Shown piece by piece: positions 27,540 to 41,551 of a stretch of DNA of 64,000 nt (positions within the stretch are counted from its first letter, which is position 1; each line of letters starts with the position of its first letter). The notes under the pieces are model-generated. The model saw only the letters and a program-made list of their open reading frames with translations, made no database searches and was not told the origin of the DNA. This DNA comes from Octopus sinensis. Its lineage: Eukaryota. The DNA lies in NCBI RefSeq assembly GCF_006345805.1, contig NC_043003.1:107260001-107324000 (forward strand). The letters run 5' to 3'. The position numbers and the translations under genes were made by a program.

Positions 27540-28685
27540 ACACACCCACACATATATATATATATATGTGTGCGTCTATACAAACATATATGTGTGTATA
27601 TATACAACCTTCAACAAAGTAACAGTCATGTACACAACTTGGACGGACACATACCAGTACACGGACATACGTTCACATGCACATACACACACAGACGCGT
27701 CTGCCCATTCTCCTAGATACTCACATACATACGTAGCACATGAGTACAAACATACATACATACCTACATATTGGCATACACACGTACATATATGCACACA
27801 CATACATAGGCACATGCATACGTGCGCGTATACATACATACGCACAGGCGTACGTACATGCATACACACATACATACATCCATACATACATACATACGTA
27901 CATACATACGTACACACATATATACACACATACATAAGTATATATATTTAACCTGAACTAACTAGATGTAAGGGAGAAAAAAAACAAGCAATAGTAAAAC
28001 AAAAGTTTTGTGATATAGAGATAAATGTCTGATTATAGGTTTTAGAGTTTTGTTTTGGGGGTGAGGGTTGTAAATCACTTCCTAGTTTCGGATGGGAAGG
28101 TTGAAATTTGATATTATTGTGATGAGTGGTCAGTCTACATCTATCCATCACTACTGGTTTATAGCTTTAAGTTTATAGTGTGTATGTGCGTGCATATACA
28201 CACACATACTTACATATATACATACATACACACAGGCGTATGTACATACATACATACATACATGCATGCATGCATACATGCGTGTATACATACACACATA
28301 CATACGTACATATATATGACAACCACGCTGCAATTATTTTCGTTCCAGCACATGATCTCAGATCAAATCACTTGCTATGCAAGTACATCTCCGTAATATA
28401 TATATAAAGTTAATCCAAACAAGAAAACACAAAAAAAACACAACAACGCGAGGACGTGGGACAAATATAGTATTATTGGACACTCAGGAAAGAAGGAAAG
28501 AAGGAGGGTTTAACGTTTCGAGTGGAGCTCTTCGTCTGAAACATAGGAGAAGGAAAGATCCAGAGAAGGGAAGACAGAGGAAAAAAAATCGCCAACGGTA
28601 CACACGAGGTCACATATATATATATATATATAACATACATACATACATACATACATACATAAATACATATATATATATATTATAT

Positions 28686-28750
<65 letters not shown>

Positions 28751-28800
28751 GTGTGTGTATATATATATATATAGAGAGAGAGAGACCTAAGTATATATGT
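27540..28800. repeat. Degenerate (CATA)n/(TA)n microsatellite field
   Basis: Direct reading; interrupted by short repeat fragments. Confidence 0.85.
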
Positions 28801-28807
28801 ATATATA

Positions 28808-30000
28808 CATAGACATGATAGAAGTAAATAGACACCCTTATAATCATTAAAATTAATTTTAATCTGAAATTATATATCTATTAATTATTGTAACGTGAAC
28901 ATTTACTATTTAGTAGACATGCCCTTTGCATTTTCCAATGCAAGGACCCTATTAGGCATGTTATTGATCAGTTGATAAATATTCTCTTGCGGAATTTCTT
29001 TCTAAGTTTCATGCAGTAATCTCAAAAGACCTGGCTTTGAAGATGCTTTCTTGTTCTTTTTATGAAGTATCCTGTCCATTATGTTCCAGAGGCGTGCAAC
29101 AGGGTTTATATCTGGTGACTGGCTTGGCCATGGAAGTTTTTTAATGCCATTCTCATCCAATGAATCTTGGGTCATTTTAGCCATGTGACCAGGAGCCCAT
29201 CTTCCATAAATAAAGAGTTTTCTTTAGTCATTTCACCACTGGAGAAAGTTGGAAAGAGACCTTTCAACAATATGGACACATATTTATCTGAGTTTATGTT
29301 TCCATCACAATCCACCAGCTCTGACTGACCATTGCTCCAAATTGCTCCCCAGACCATCACAGAATAGCTGTCTTGTTTCATTGCTGACAACAATCTTTTC
29401 ATGTCAAATTCTTGATCACAGAGTCTCCAGACCCACATTCGACCACTGTCAGAAAATACAGCAAATCTGGACTCATCAGAGAATATGATAATATCCCAAA
29501 ATGCTAGTGGTCACTCCATCATTTCATTGGCCCAATCTTTTCTGCACTTGATAGTGACTGGCTGAAGAAGTGGCTTCCTTCTTGCTGTTCTGGGACTGAC
29601 ATCAACTTGTTCTGCTATGTCAGAAGCCTTGCAATGACGAATATCTTCCACACTTCACTTAACAAAGCAAAGGGTCTTTCAGAGGGCCCTGATCAACCTG
29701 AACAGTATGATGTGGACTCCTTCTCCTCTCTGGTGAATTGTGCAATCACTCTATTAATTGTAGAAAGCAGGATCCCATGGTTTTCTGTGACTTTACGCTA
29801 AGTCCACCTTCAGATTGACCCACAATGCGGCCTCTGTGAAATTCAAACAGTTCCAAGGCTTCTTTTGTACATGACATGATTAAACAGTCACACATAGAAC
29901 CTGAAACATAAAAATGTCCATTAATAAAAAGATACAAACTTTTAAGTTAAACATAAAACAATGTTTTATGGGGTGTCTATGTACTTCTGTCATGTCAGTG
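28808..30000 (-). mobile_element. Tc1-like DNA transposon, full length but pseudogenised
   Basis: About 35 bp TIRs (catagacatgatagaagtaaatagacaccc / gggtgtctatgtacttctgtcatgtcagtg) flanked by TA. Transposase motifs IFSDESRF, VMVWGAI, FMEDG, WPSQSPDINP are spread over frameshifted ORFs. Confidence 0.92.
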
Positions 30001-31928
30001 TATATCTAAATATACTTTAACTGGCTTCCATGCTGGTGGCACATAAAAAAACACCAACCGATTGTGGTCGTTGCCAGCCCCCTCTGGCCCCTGCATGTAA
30101 AAAGCACCCACTACACTTTCGGAGTGGTTGGCGTTAGGAAGGGCATCCAGCTGTAGAAATACTGCCAGATCAGATTGGAGCAGCCTCCTGGCTTCCCAGA
30201 CTCCAGTCAAACCGTCCAACCCATACCAGCATGGAAAACGGACGTTAAACGACGATGATGACGATGATGATAAAGATGATGATGACGATGATGATGATGA
30301 TCTGTCTGCAGATGTTTGCCTGTGCAACAAGAAGAGTTGGAAATCTTCTGGGGGAAAAAATCATTATTTGGGTCATTCCTCTTTCTCAAACAGAATATCT
30401 ATTTTTAGAAGAAATCAATACAAAGTAGTCATGAAGAGTTCAAATCCCACTGGGGTAGACTATTACTCCTTATCCACCCGGGAATCAATAAAACCAGTTC
30501 CAATCAAAGAGTGACATTTGATTCCATACACTAGATCTCTTAAAAATCAGCACTGTGAACCATTATCTTGTTTTGGGATTGAACTACGACCATGCTGGGG
30601 CATAGACATGAAGGGTTTGGACAATCAAATTGATCCTTGGACTTCTTTTTTTTTAATTTTGGTACTTATTCTGTGGATTTCTCTTCCTGAAATGCAACTG
30701 CTAAGTTATGGGGACATAAATGAACCGACACTGGTTGTCAAGCAGTGGTGGGAGACACAGAAACAAAGAAACGCACCAACAATTTAAATGTGCGTGTGTG
30801 TGTGTGCGTGTAAATGTGACAGGCTTCCACACAGTTTCCAACAAACAGCTTCACTGACCAAAGCATTGGTCAGCCAAGGGCTTTACTAAAAGACACTTCT
30901 CCAAGGTGCTGCCATGCACTGGGATTGAAACCCCAAACCACATGGTTGTAAAGTCAGCTACTTTAGCCACACGGCCATCCTTTCACCTGTGCTAAGTGAA
31001 AAGAATAAAGCGATATCAATCATTGAACTGTGGCCATGCTGGGGCAACACCTTGAAGAGATTTTAGAAGAGATCAAATCAATCCTAAATTATATTTCCGT
31101 ATGGTTCTTATATTTGTTTCGGTCATTTGACTGTGGCCATGCTAGAGCACTGCCTTTTAGTCAAGCAAACCAATCCTACAATTCTTTGTAAGTCTAGTAC
31201 TTATTCTATCAATCTCTTTTGCCGAAACACTAGGCTACAGGGATGTAAACACACCAACATTGGTTGTCAAGCGATAGTTGGGGGACAAACACAGACACAC
31301 AAATGTATACATACATATACATATATATATATATTATATATATATATATATAACAGGAAGCTTTATGAAAATAGACAAAAGACGAAGGCAGGTTTACGGA
31401 AATAAACAAAAGTGAAGGAAGGTGGAATACAAACAAACAATTGTATTAGTATGGCGCTCAGGAAATATAAATAAAACAAGTCTTTAATGTTTCGAGCCTA
31501 CGCTCTTCAACAGAAAGATACACAGAGAAGAAACACAGAAAGAAAGAAAAAAAAATGCGTGCAGAGGCTAGCGAATCAACATGGCGATCTGATCAAACGT
31601 GAGACGCAAGAGCGAAATTAGGGGAGATAATAGGGTTAAATGACCTCGCTCCAACATAAGAGTGTGTGCGTGTGTGTATGAGAAGAGTGTGTGTGTGTGT
31701 ATGAGAGAGTATTAGTGTGTGTATGAGAGAGTATTAGTGCATATGAGAGGTCTGGACGTGTGTATGTATATATGATGTGATGTGTAAAGTCGTATGGTGT
31801 AGTGTAGAGAGAGGAGATGAGGGAAGAGGGGGAGGGGAGAAAGAAAGGGGAGAAGAGGAGGGGGAAGGGGGAGAAGGAAGGAGAGGAGAAGAGGAGGGGA
31901 GAGAAGGAAGGAGAGGAGAAGAGGAGGG

Positions 31929-31959
<31 letters not shown>

Positions 31960-32124
31960 CATTTATTTCATCATCATTATCATTTAACGTCCGCTTTCCA
32001 TGCTAGCATGGGTTGGACGGTTCAACTGGGGTCTGGGGAGCCCGAAAGCTGCACCAGTCCAGTCAGATCTGGCAGTGTTTCTACAGCTGGATGCCCTTCC
32101 TAACGCCAACCACTTATATATATA

Positions 32125-32358
32125 TAAGAGAGACGATTGCGCTGGTATGGTCATGTGGCGAGAATGGATGAAGATAGGTGTGTGAGAAAGTGCCAATCCC
32201 TGGCAGTTGAGGGAACCCGTGGAAGAGGTAGACCCAGGAAAACCTGGGACGAGGTGGTGAAGCACGACCTTCGAACTTTAGGCCTCACTGAGGAAATGAC
32301 CAGAGACCGAGACCTTTGGAAATATTCTGTACGTGAGAAGACCAGGCAGGACAAGTGA
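32125..32358 (+). mobile_element. RTE LINE 3' coding end
   Basis: RLRWYGHVARMDEDRCVRK..EGTRGRGRPRKTW..DRDLW; similar fragments at about 3510-3800 (+), 24030-24180 (+), 45600-45890 (-) and 54430-54620 (-). Confidence 0.85.
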
Positions 32359-32369
32359 GCCCAGCCCAC

Positions 32370-33025
32370 TTATGAATGCCTTTCCTCCCTTGGACACAAA
32401 GACCGGTTGAGGCAAGCGAAGTCGATATAGAACCTCATCCGACGACAGACACCCATGCCAACCCCCCATGCTTGCGAAGACATGTTGGGGCAAGCGAAAT
32501 CGAAATCGAAACCGAATTGAACCAGCCAGGATCCCTGGCCTGGTGGTACGTAAAAAGCACTATCCGACTCGTGGCCGTGGCACGTAAAATACTCCAATGC
32601 GACCGTACGACAGGCACCCATGCCAACCCCCTTTGCTTGTGAAGACATGTTGGGGCAAGCGAAATCGAAATCGAATTGAACCAGCCAGGATCCCTGGTCT
32701 GGTGGTACGTAAAAAGCACTATCCGACTCGTGGCCGATGCCAGCACCGCCTCGACTGGCTTCCGTGCCGGTGGCACATAAAATACACCAATCTGACCGTG
32801 GCCGTTGCCAGCCCCGCCTGGCACCTGTGCAGGTGGCACGTAAAAAGCACCCACTACACTCACGGAGTGGTTGGCGTTAGGAAGGGCATTCAGCTGTAGA
32901 AACATTGCCAGATTAGACTGGAGCCTGGTGCAGCCTTCTGGCTTCCCAGAACCCCGGTCGAACTGTCCAACCCATGCTAGCATGGAGAACGGACGTTAAA
33001 CGACGATGATGATGATGATGATGAT
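32370..33025 (+). mobile_element. Long family C copy directly following an RTE 3' end
   Basis: Internal duplication of about 170 bp (cacccatgccaacccc..gtaaaaagcactatccgactcgtggccg), then the core and (GAT)n tail. Confidence 0.8.
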
Positions 33026-33204
33026 ATATATACATACACACACACATTATTTGTCTTTGACGGATATTTGTCCTCATCCTGTTTGTTGTTAACACAACAT
33101 TTCGGCTGATATACCCTCCAGCCTTCATCAGGTGTCTTGGGGAAATTTCAAACCTGAGTTCTCATTCCTAAGGTATTTTTCGATATTATCATTATTATTA
33201 TTAT

Positions 33205-33435
33205 TCAGGCCTCAAAATAAGAGTAGACGAACATCGCAAAGCTGTGACATGAGGAGATATTGATAAATCGGGTATAGCTGATCATGTATGGAAAAAAATG
33301 GAAATTACCTCCCCCTGTGGGATGAAGTTAAAATAATAGACAGAGAACACCACTGGAAAATACAAAAACTAAAAGAAGCAGCACATATGCTAGGACACAA
33401 CAACCTCCTTAGCAGACTGAGTGCAGATATGAATT
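33205..33435 (+). mobile_element. Penelope-like GIY-YIG fragment
   Basis: LKIRVDEHRKAV..DKSGIADHVWK..PLWDEVKIIDREHHWKIQKLKEAAH. Confidence 0.7.
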
Positions 33436-33439
33436 TGAG

Positions 33440-34255
33440 GCAATAAACCTCTTACCAATGTTTCTTTTGGACTCAAGGTCCTTACAATGAAGCACTAAGC
33501 CTCTTACCTCAAGTGACACCATGTCCTTATGGGCCATATGCCCTTTCAATATGAGGCACTCATCTTCTTACTTTTACAATTTTCCACCCCACCAGCACCT
33601 GACCTGGCACAAAGAGTCACTCAGGCACCCCGATAGTGTCAGATCAGGGTACCTCAATCGGAAGCCGAATACATCCACAGGGCAGTTCAGGTCATGTCTC
33701 CTCCCCTGGCAAGCTTTTTAAAAAGCTTTCCCATTGCCTCTCATTTTCTGGAGAAAACCAAATATTGTTCCTTCATTGGGTTGAGGCTACAAATTCCTCC
33801 GTTGGTGGCACAATTCCCACCAACAGGGCTTCGGAACATGCTGGCAGTGTTTTAACCACCGGCACTGTCCCTTTTTCCTTCTTTTTTCTCCCCTTTACTA
33901 CGGGAGGGAGCGGTTCCTCTGCTTTAACCGGAGGATCTCCCTTCGCACCTGCAGCTTCGGGGTCCTTCAGTGAGCAACCATTGTTGCCCACCTTCCTTTT
34001 TTGTGGGGGAGGGTCCTCACTACCTCCATCTCTCCCTCCAAAGGAAGAGGTAAGGGTTCTTCCATCACTAACTGTTCCAGGACCTTACCTTGGTCCTTGG
34101 GGCAGTTCTTTTTAATATGGCCTGGTTCCAGGCACAGGTGACACTTGGAGGGTCCCTCAAGAATCACCAGATACCTAGCGCCGGCCATTTAAAAAAAATC
34201 TGGAAAGATCAGATTCTTGGCTGATTGGGTCCACAGGGTCAAAACCACTTTTGAC
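33440..34255 (-). mobile_element. L1/Tx1-like LINE ORF1 fragment with CCHC zinc knuckle
   Basis: CHLCLEPGHIKKNCP (Cx2Cx4Hx4C) in ORF 33967-34188, followed by a frameshifted low-complexity tail. Confidence 0.6.
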
Positions 34256-34491
34256 CCCACCACACAGCCACTCCTGCGCCTATTATCTATTCTTATATAT
34301 TGAACTACGAAATCACAATAACATGAAGCAGTGAAGGGCAAACTGCACCTCGTGGGGTCTTTCTGAATGGTACACTAATTAAAATTACGCCATTACTGCT
34401 AAGAAGATGAGCAATGGATTTGAACTCAAAAGCACATGATTGCTGAGTGTACATCTTCATCTGGTAAACCGAACCTAGTTTTCTTTTGAAT

Positions 34492-34882
34492 AGGCGCAGG
34501 AGTGGCTGTGTGGTAAGTAGCTTGCTAACCAACCACATGGTTCCGGGTTCAGTCCCACTGCGTGGCATCTTGGGCAAGTGTCTTCTGCTATAGCCCCGGG
34601 CCGACCAATGCCTTGTGAGTGGATTTTGTAGACGGAAACTGAAAGAAGCCTGTCGTATATATGTATATATATATATGTGTGTGTGTGTTTGTGTTTGTCC
34701 CCCTAGCATTGCTTGACAACCGATGCTGGTGTGTTTACGTCCCTGTCACTTAGCGGTTCGGCAAAAGAGACCGATAGAATAAGTACTGGGCTTACAAAGA
34801 ATAAGTCCCGGGGTCGAGTTGCTCGATTAAAGGCAGTGCTCCAGCATGGCCGCAGTCAAATGACTGAAACAAGTAAAAGAGA
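34492..34882 (+). mobile_element. SINE family A
   Basis: Full copy. Confidence 0.9.
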
Positions 34883-37084
34883 GTATCCATTGTCTGAATT
34901 TTTTTTTTTAATTCAGTTTCCATTTATTGATAAAAATATTCACAATTTATGAAAATGTTTGTTGTGGATGATAGAAAAGAAAAAGCAACAAGTAACAATA
35001 TCTAGAATGGCTCCGTCAGTCCACTTCATGGTCCCGAGGGACAAAATGGAAAAGGGGTTGCCCCAGAGGCAACGGAACAGGCACTCTGACACACGGGGCT
35101 TACATTTGGGGATAGCCACCCCTGCTCCAATAGCGGCAACCAGGGATGTGGTCTGGACACTGTTATATCGTAAATTTCCCTAATTATGATCAATTAATTT
35201 TTAATTTTACATCGCTATTATCAAAATAACATCATATATCAAGATTAAGAACGTTTACTTTTTAGTTCATCCCCTAGATCAGGTCACCATAGGCGTTCCA
35301 ACTGTGACCATCCCAGCGTCCTATTTATTTATTGACGTGGTATTTTCTAAAGTGGGAGAGATTTGGCTGTTATCTTCGGCAAGTCGATCAACCACAGAAT
35401 TTCCCGACTGAGTTTCGTGTATGCTTATATTCATTTTTCTGGCGTTGTTTAGGGTTCGATTCTCAGTTTAAACTATTTCATTTCCTCATAACACCTAATA
35501 TTGGTTTGAAAATTTGACATAAGGCTAACAATTCCGAGGGAGAGGGAAAGTCCATTATCACCCAGAGGGTTCAACTGACATTTATTTTATCGATCTAGAA
35601 ATGATGAAAAGTAAAGTCGATCTTGGCGGAATTTTGAACTCAGGACGAAATTCGCAAAGCATTTTACCCGGCATGCTAAAAATTCTGCCCGCAGCCGCCC
35701 TCATAACACCAAACATTTATATTCCTGTCCCCGTCTGGAAGATCGCCTCGATCGAGAACTAAGAAACGGTGGAGCGGGTCTCTGTTACGTATTTGGATGG
35801 AAGCACTCCGTCGGTTACGACGATGAGGGTTCCGGTTGATCCAATCAGCGGAACAGCCTGCTCGTGAAATTAACGTGTAAGTGGTTGAGCACTCCACAGA
35901 CACGTGTACCCTTAACGTAGTTCTCTGGGATATTCAGCGTAACACAGAGAGTGACAAGGCCGGCCCTTTGAAATACAGGTACAACAGAAACAGGAAGTAA
36001 GAGTGAGAGAAAGTTGTGGTGAAAGAGTACAGCAGGGATCACCACCATCCCCTGCTGGAGCCTCGTGGAGCTTTAGGTGTTTTCGCTCAATAAACACTCA
36101 CAACGCCCGGTCTGGGAATCGAAACCGCGAGTCCGCTGCCTTAACCACTGGGCCATTGCGCCTCCCCTGTCACGTATAAATACACTTAGCAAAAATGTTG
36201 TATTTGGGTGGAGATCTTACGCTAAAAAGTGAACAACGTCCGATAATTTAGATTATACAGGCCAGTAAGAGTTCTCTCCCTTTTTCATTAGGTTGTGAGG
36301 AAAACGTTTCAGAACTTCATCCGACCTGCTAGTAATAGCAGCCGAACGTCCCTCGAATACCATTCTTACCCTTTTTGAAAGATCAAAGATACATTAAAAA
36401 TATTTATTTCTAGATACTCTTTAAAATACAGGATGATGGTGATCATAACTGGGCTTTGCTTTCACCCAAAGGTCGGTTCGTTTTCAATAAACGTAGTCTT
36501 CCGTAAGTTCTGCTTGGTAAGGTCTACTTCACGCTAATCTTTGATCCACCGGAGGATTTGAACCCGTCCCGGTTGGCTAACAAAACACTCTTCAATATTA
36601 TAGTGCAGTAGAGATGAGCTGGCAGAGCTATTAGCATGCTGGACATAGTGCTAAATGGCATTGCATTCGACTTCACATCGAGTTCAAATTCCGCCAAGGT
36701 CGACTTTATCTTTTGTCCTTTCAGGGTTGATAACATAAGTACCAGTTATGTACTGGGGTCAATGTAATCGACTTGGCATATCCCCGAAATTGCTGGCCTT
36801 GTGCCATAATTTGAAACTAATTTATAATGCATTGGTTATTTACGGTGACAAAATTGGTTTAATTTAACCTAAGTCAATCCAGATCGATTAGATAGAAAGC
36901 GTTCCATCCGTGACTATTCCAATATTTTTTTACAATATTGTGTACCTTAACCAACACTGGCCAATGATCCACTTTCCAGAGGTAAGGTATAAATGGATAA
37001 AGAGGTGACAGCTAAGTCTAATGGTGTCTATTCAAAGCTTGGTTAACTTAGCAATTCATATGGGATAGATTGTAGAGGTATGTG

Positions 37085-37361
37085 TAACAGTTTTTGAGAA
37101 GCGGGCCGCATGAGACAGGACTCATCATCAGGTGGGCCGCACTAACAAAATTCAAGCTAGTTTTTCGCCAGGGATGCCATTCAAAAAATCCTACATGCGG
37201 CTCTCAAGCATATTTCTGGCGGCCCCTGACGGTCATCTCTCTATAGATATATTATAAAATTTTCTTTAATTGATTTTGTTTTACTCCTTTGTGGGGGGGG
37301 GGGCCTCAACAAAATCCAGGTTTGGATCGAACCAGGATATCAAAAAGATTAAGAACCACTG
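37085..37361. mobile_element. Decayed hAT-like MITE remnants
   Basis: gggccgca / tgcggc motifs and an end aaaagattaagaaccactg resembling cagtggttct(c)aa hAT termini. Confidence 0.4.
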
Positions 37362-37591
37362 TATTAAACACAAAGTAATTTCAACAGCGCATGCTCAGGA
37401 AAAAATAGTTTTCAATGCATTAAACCTTACAAGAAGCCCATCTTCACGTATGGGAGCCGAGGTGGGTTTTTTTAGATACTTTTTTGGAATAAAGTACGTT
37501 TTATATACCCTTAACTACAGTAAGTGCATTTGTCATATATATATATATATATATTTATATTAAGGGCATTACTACACGTAAATGCCTCACG

Positions 37592-37657
<66 letters not shown>

Positions 37658-37670
37658 ATATAGATATATA

Positions 37671-37724
<54 letters not shown>

Positions 37725-37727
<3 letters not shown>

Positions 37728-38072
37728 AGTGGCTGTGTGGTAAGTAGCTTGCTAACCAACCACATGGTTCTGGGTTCAGTCCCACTGCGTGGCATCTTGG
37801 GCAAGTGTCTTCTGCTATAGCCCCGGGCCGACCAATGCCTTGTGAGTGGATTTGGTAGACGGAAACTGAAAGAAGACTGTCGTATGTATGTATGCATGTA
37901 TGTGTGTGTGTTTGTCCCCCTAGCATTGCTTGACAACCGATGCTGGTGTGTTTACGTTCCCGTCACTTAGCGGTTCGGCAAAAGAGACCGATAGAATAAG
38001 TACTGGGCTTACAAAGAATAAGTCCCGGGGTCGATTTGCTCGACAAATGACTGAAACAAGTAAAAGAGTAAA
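37725..38072 (+). mobile_element. SINE family A with a small 3' deletion
   Basis: Follows the (TA)n tract at 37575-37724. Confidence 0.9.
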
Positions 38073-38134
38073 AGTATACATACATATATAGCTCATTGTA
38101 AAATCTCAATAAGAGATGAGAATAGTAACTATAG

Positions 38135-38531
38135 TAACAAGTAAGGTTAGTCGCCACATCAGTGTGGCTGTTCTATGTTATTTTTAATTTAACCCCAGGC
38201 AGATCTTCCACTAGCTGGTTATCGGTGCAGCACTGCACTCTGTGCATGTATATTGCAAGCAGGGGTGCGGACCCCTTCCATCCACCAGCTGAGGACTCTG
38301 GTCATCTCTCTAGCGAGCAGGTGTTTGCGACTGAGGATGAGCAAACTAGCACGAAACCGAATCGGTCTCGCGATCCTGTCGTCTGCTGGCAGACGATAGC
38401 GATTCGCTCCCCTGCTGGCAATATATATAGGTACAGGGTGCAGTTATAAGTAGCTGCTGGAAGATCTGCCTGGGGTTAAACGGGTAGTAACATGAAACAG
38501 CCACATTGATGTAACAATTAAATTTACTTGT
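38135..38531. repeat. Inverted-repeat element, about 90 bp arms around a 210 bp spacer
   Basis: acatcagtgtggctgtt..tttaaccccaggcagatcttcca / tggaagatctgcctggggttaaa..aacagccacattgatgt. Confidence 0.85.
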
Positions 38532-38551
38532 ATGTGTGTGTGTGTGCGAGA

Positions 38552-38588
<37 letters not shown>

Positions 38589-38653
38589 GTCTAAGATACC
38601 ATAAACCAGGGAGAAGATGCACTCGTATAACTGTCAGCAGAGTGGGTATATAA

Positions 38654-38917
38654 TCCGAATTTTATAGTATTAAGTATCCATCATGGCTGGTCTTACCAAT
38701 CGGTTTCACGTAAAGAATACAATGGAGTGTTAGGTAGCAATCCCATTATATAACTCTGCGCTCATGAGAGATAGCCGTTATGGAAGGGAATATCAGCTGT
38801 CTCTGATGAGCGTAGAGTTATCTAATTGGATTGTTACTCAACATTCCATTGTGTTCTTTATGCGAAACTGATTGGTAAGATCAGCGGTGATGGATGCTTA
38901 ATACAATAAAATTCGGA
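38654..38917. repeat. Imperfect palindrome, about 124 bp arms with a short loop
   Basis: The arms align without gaps from tccgaatttt to aaaattcgga. Confidence 0.95.
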
Positions 38918-39917
38918 GTGTGTGAATAGTGGCTTAGAAGACTGATGGGCGTGTCAGGATGATCACATGTAGGGAAAAGATACGTTGGTGGGGGGGACAC
39001 TGAGCACCAAGGTGTAGACATAAATGCTTTTATGGCTTTGCACACACACACAATGAGGTTTCACCCAGTTTCCATTTACCAAATTTACTTCTAAGGCATT
39101 AGTCGGTAAAACAGAAATGCCATGCAGTGGGACTGAACCCGAAACCCTGTGGTTGCTAGATGAACTTCTAAACCACATAGACGTATGTGTTGTCATTTAA
39201 GTTCTTATATTTCTGTTTTGTATCAACTGCAGACGAAAGATAAAACGACTCTGAATGCCAATGTCGGTGAGTGGAGTTCCATTACAAGACCGGTCTAAGA
39301 ATATAATGGTGCCAACCTAAATATTGGTTTCAAAGTTTGGCACAAGGTCGGCTATTGTGAGTATGGGGAGCTGATTACATCGATTTAATTTATCGAGCCA
39401 GAAAGGATCAAGGACAAAATCGACCTGGCCGTAATTTGAACTCAGTATGTAAAGTCGGAAAAAATATCTCTAAGCATTTTTACCGGCGCGGTAACGATTC
39501 TGCCAGCTCGCCACTTTATTGGAAAACTAAATACTATAAAGATAATCTGTTATCATTTGGTCTCTAATGAATTAATTCTAGATACTTAGAGAAGGTTTAT
39601 TACATAAATTCAGAAATAAAGATTCCTTAGAAATGCAGTTTTCAGAAAGTACGACATTAAATTAATAAATAAATAAATGGAAGTTGTTGCTCTTCATTTA
39701 CTGTCGCAAACAGCAGTAGCATTTTTCAACTAAATACACGACGTTAATTGGCAAACATTACCCAAATACGACAACTTTAACACGAAATTTTGTCAAAATG
39801 TTAAAAGTAAACCGTGTTCAGCGTGAGAAATTACACCAGTATACTAAATTTCAAACTGTTTAGTTAAAAAAATAATTTTTAAATCTGTGAGCGAAACTGA
39901 ACAGATCCAAATAAATA

Positions 39918-40525
39918 AGGCACAAGCGTGGCTGTGTGGTAAGAAGCTTGCTTCCCAACTACATGGTTCCGGGTTCAGTCCCACAGTGTGACATCGTGGG
40001 CAAGTGTCTTCTACTATAGCCTCAAGTTGGCCAAAGCCTTGTGAGGGGATTTGGTAGATGGAAACTGAAAGAAGCCCGTCGTGTGTGTGTGCGTGCGTAC
40101 CCACCACCACCATCGCTTGACAACCGGTCCTGACGTGTTTGCATGCCCGTGACTTAGCTGTTCAGCAAAAGAGACCGATGGAACAAGTATCGGTACTATT
40201 TAAGAAGAGTGATCCCGGTGCGCGCACTCGCGCTTGCTAGTCGTGACTAGTCTGTCCTTATTTTGTGTTTTATTTACTTTGTTTAAAAAAAGTATTTACT
40301 TTGTGTTTTATTTACTTTACTAGGTAGTCGTTTTAGGATCGACTAGTCACGACTAGCAAGCGTGAATGCGCGAGTACGCGAGTGCGCGCACCGGGACCAC
40401 TCTTTTTAAATAGTACCCAAGTATCAGACTTTGAAAAAATTAATTTCTGAGATCGATTCATTCGACTGCAAAGCGGTGCCCCAGTATGGCCGCAGTCTAA
40501 TGACTGAAACAAGCTAAAGATAAAA
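39918..40525 (+). mobile_element. Older SINE family A copy split by the Merlin MITE
   Basis: The SINE body resumes after the TSD. Confidence 0.85.
40192..40417. mobile_element. Merlin-type MITE inserted in a SINE
   Basis: About 40 bp TIR ggtactatttaa..tcccggtgcgcgcactcgcg and a perfect 8 bp TSD caagtatc (40184-91 and 40418-25). A GGNRM terminus plus 8 bp TSD fits Merlin/IS1016. Confidence 0.8.
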
Positions 40526-41551
40526 GTATATAAACCAATGACTTAACTTACAACATTTGTTACAAGTTGTTTTCTCCCCAGCGAAGAAAACAACTAAAGA
40601 AAACAAGGATCAAAGACATTCCGATCTTTCTTTGACGCTTGTTGGCAGAAAAAGATGTATTTAGAAGGCATTCCTATACAATAGAGTCGGAAATAATCCA
40701 CTCTGCCAAAAACATAAATTTTAGGATCTGGATAGTTTAAGAGTCGTAGATAACGATTCTGTAAAAACAAAATGTGGTGAGGGATTATACCCCACCCCGC
40801 CCCGCCCCCAAAAAGCCGTCATGTTGAAATTTTGACCTTTTGCGATATTTTGTTCCTGATCTGGTTTAAACAACTGAAATTATGATTCGTAAAAAAGTTC
40901 AAAATTTTCTTCCCCCTCTTTTGGCCCTTTCCTATCCTTTCCGTAACCTTACAGAGTTTTTTGGGGGTTTTTTTCGATTTTTTTCCCCTTCAAATTTACA
41001 AGTTTAAAACCATTGGAGTTTACGATCAAGTAAAAATACAAGGTATTCTTTCGTTTTATGATCACAAAATGAAGATATTCATGTACTGGATTCAGTAGCA
41101 AGAATGTGTGTGCCGCTGGGGCAGCCCTTGAGTAACCCCACCACCACCAGGTCCCCAAGCTTATATAACCTTGCACAACAGATCCAAAATTGACGCCCCT
41201 ATAAAAGAGTCACCCGGGGTGGACTGCCTTCCTCGCCCATCCCCTTAGTTACGCTGCTGATTGGATTCAGACATATCTACCTGTGATCACTTTCTGGATT
41301 TAAAAAATACAAATGAACCACTGCATTAACACAATTTTACGAATCGACAAAAAAAACAAACAAGGGATTTAGTCTCATTTCTCCATATTGATTTCTTTCA
41401 TTCCATCCAATAACATTAATTTTAGTAAAATGTATTTTATCATCTGAATTAAAACATTTTCTCAAAATAAAATATAAGAAGTCCGATACAAGGTACACAA
41501 GAAACATGCGCATTTTTTTTTTTATATAATCAAACGTTTTCATTTGAAAAC

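Noticed and set aside
32435-32983. 182 aa ORF and repeat-spacer-like gtggcacgtaaaaagcac units resembling a CRISPR array
   Set aside because: Internal tandem units of SINE-like family C; the spacers are homologous to each other, the context is eukaryotic and there are no cas genes.
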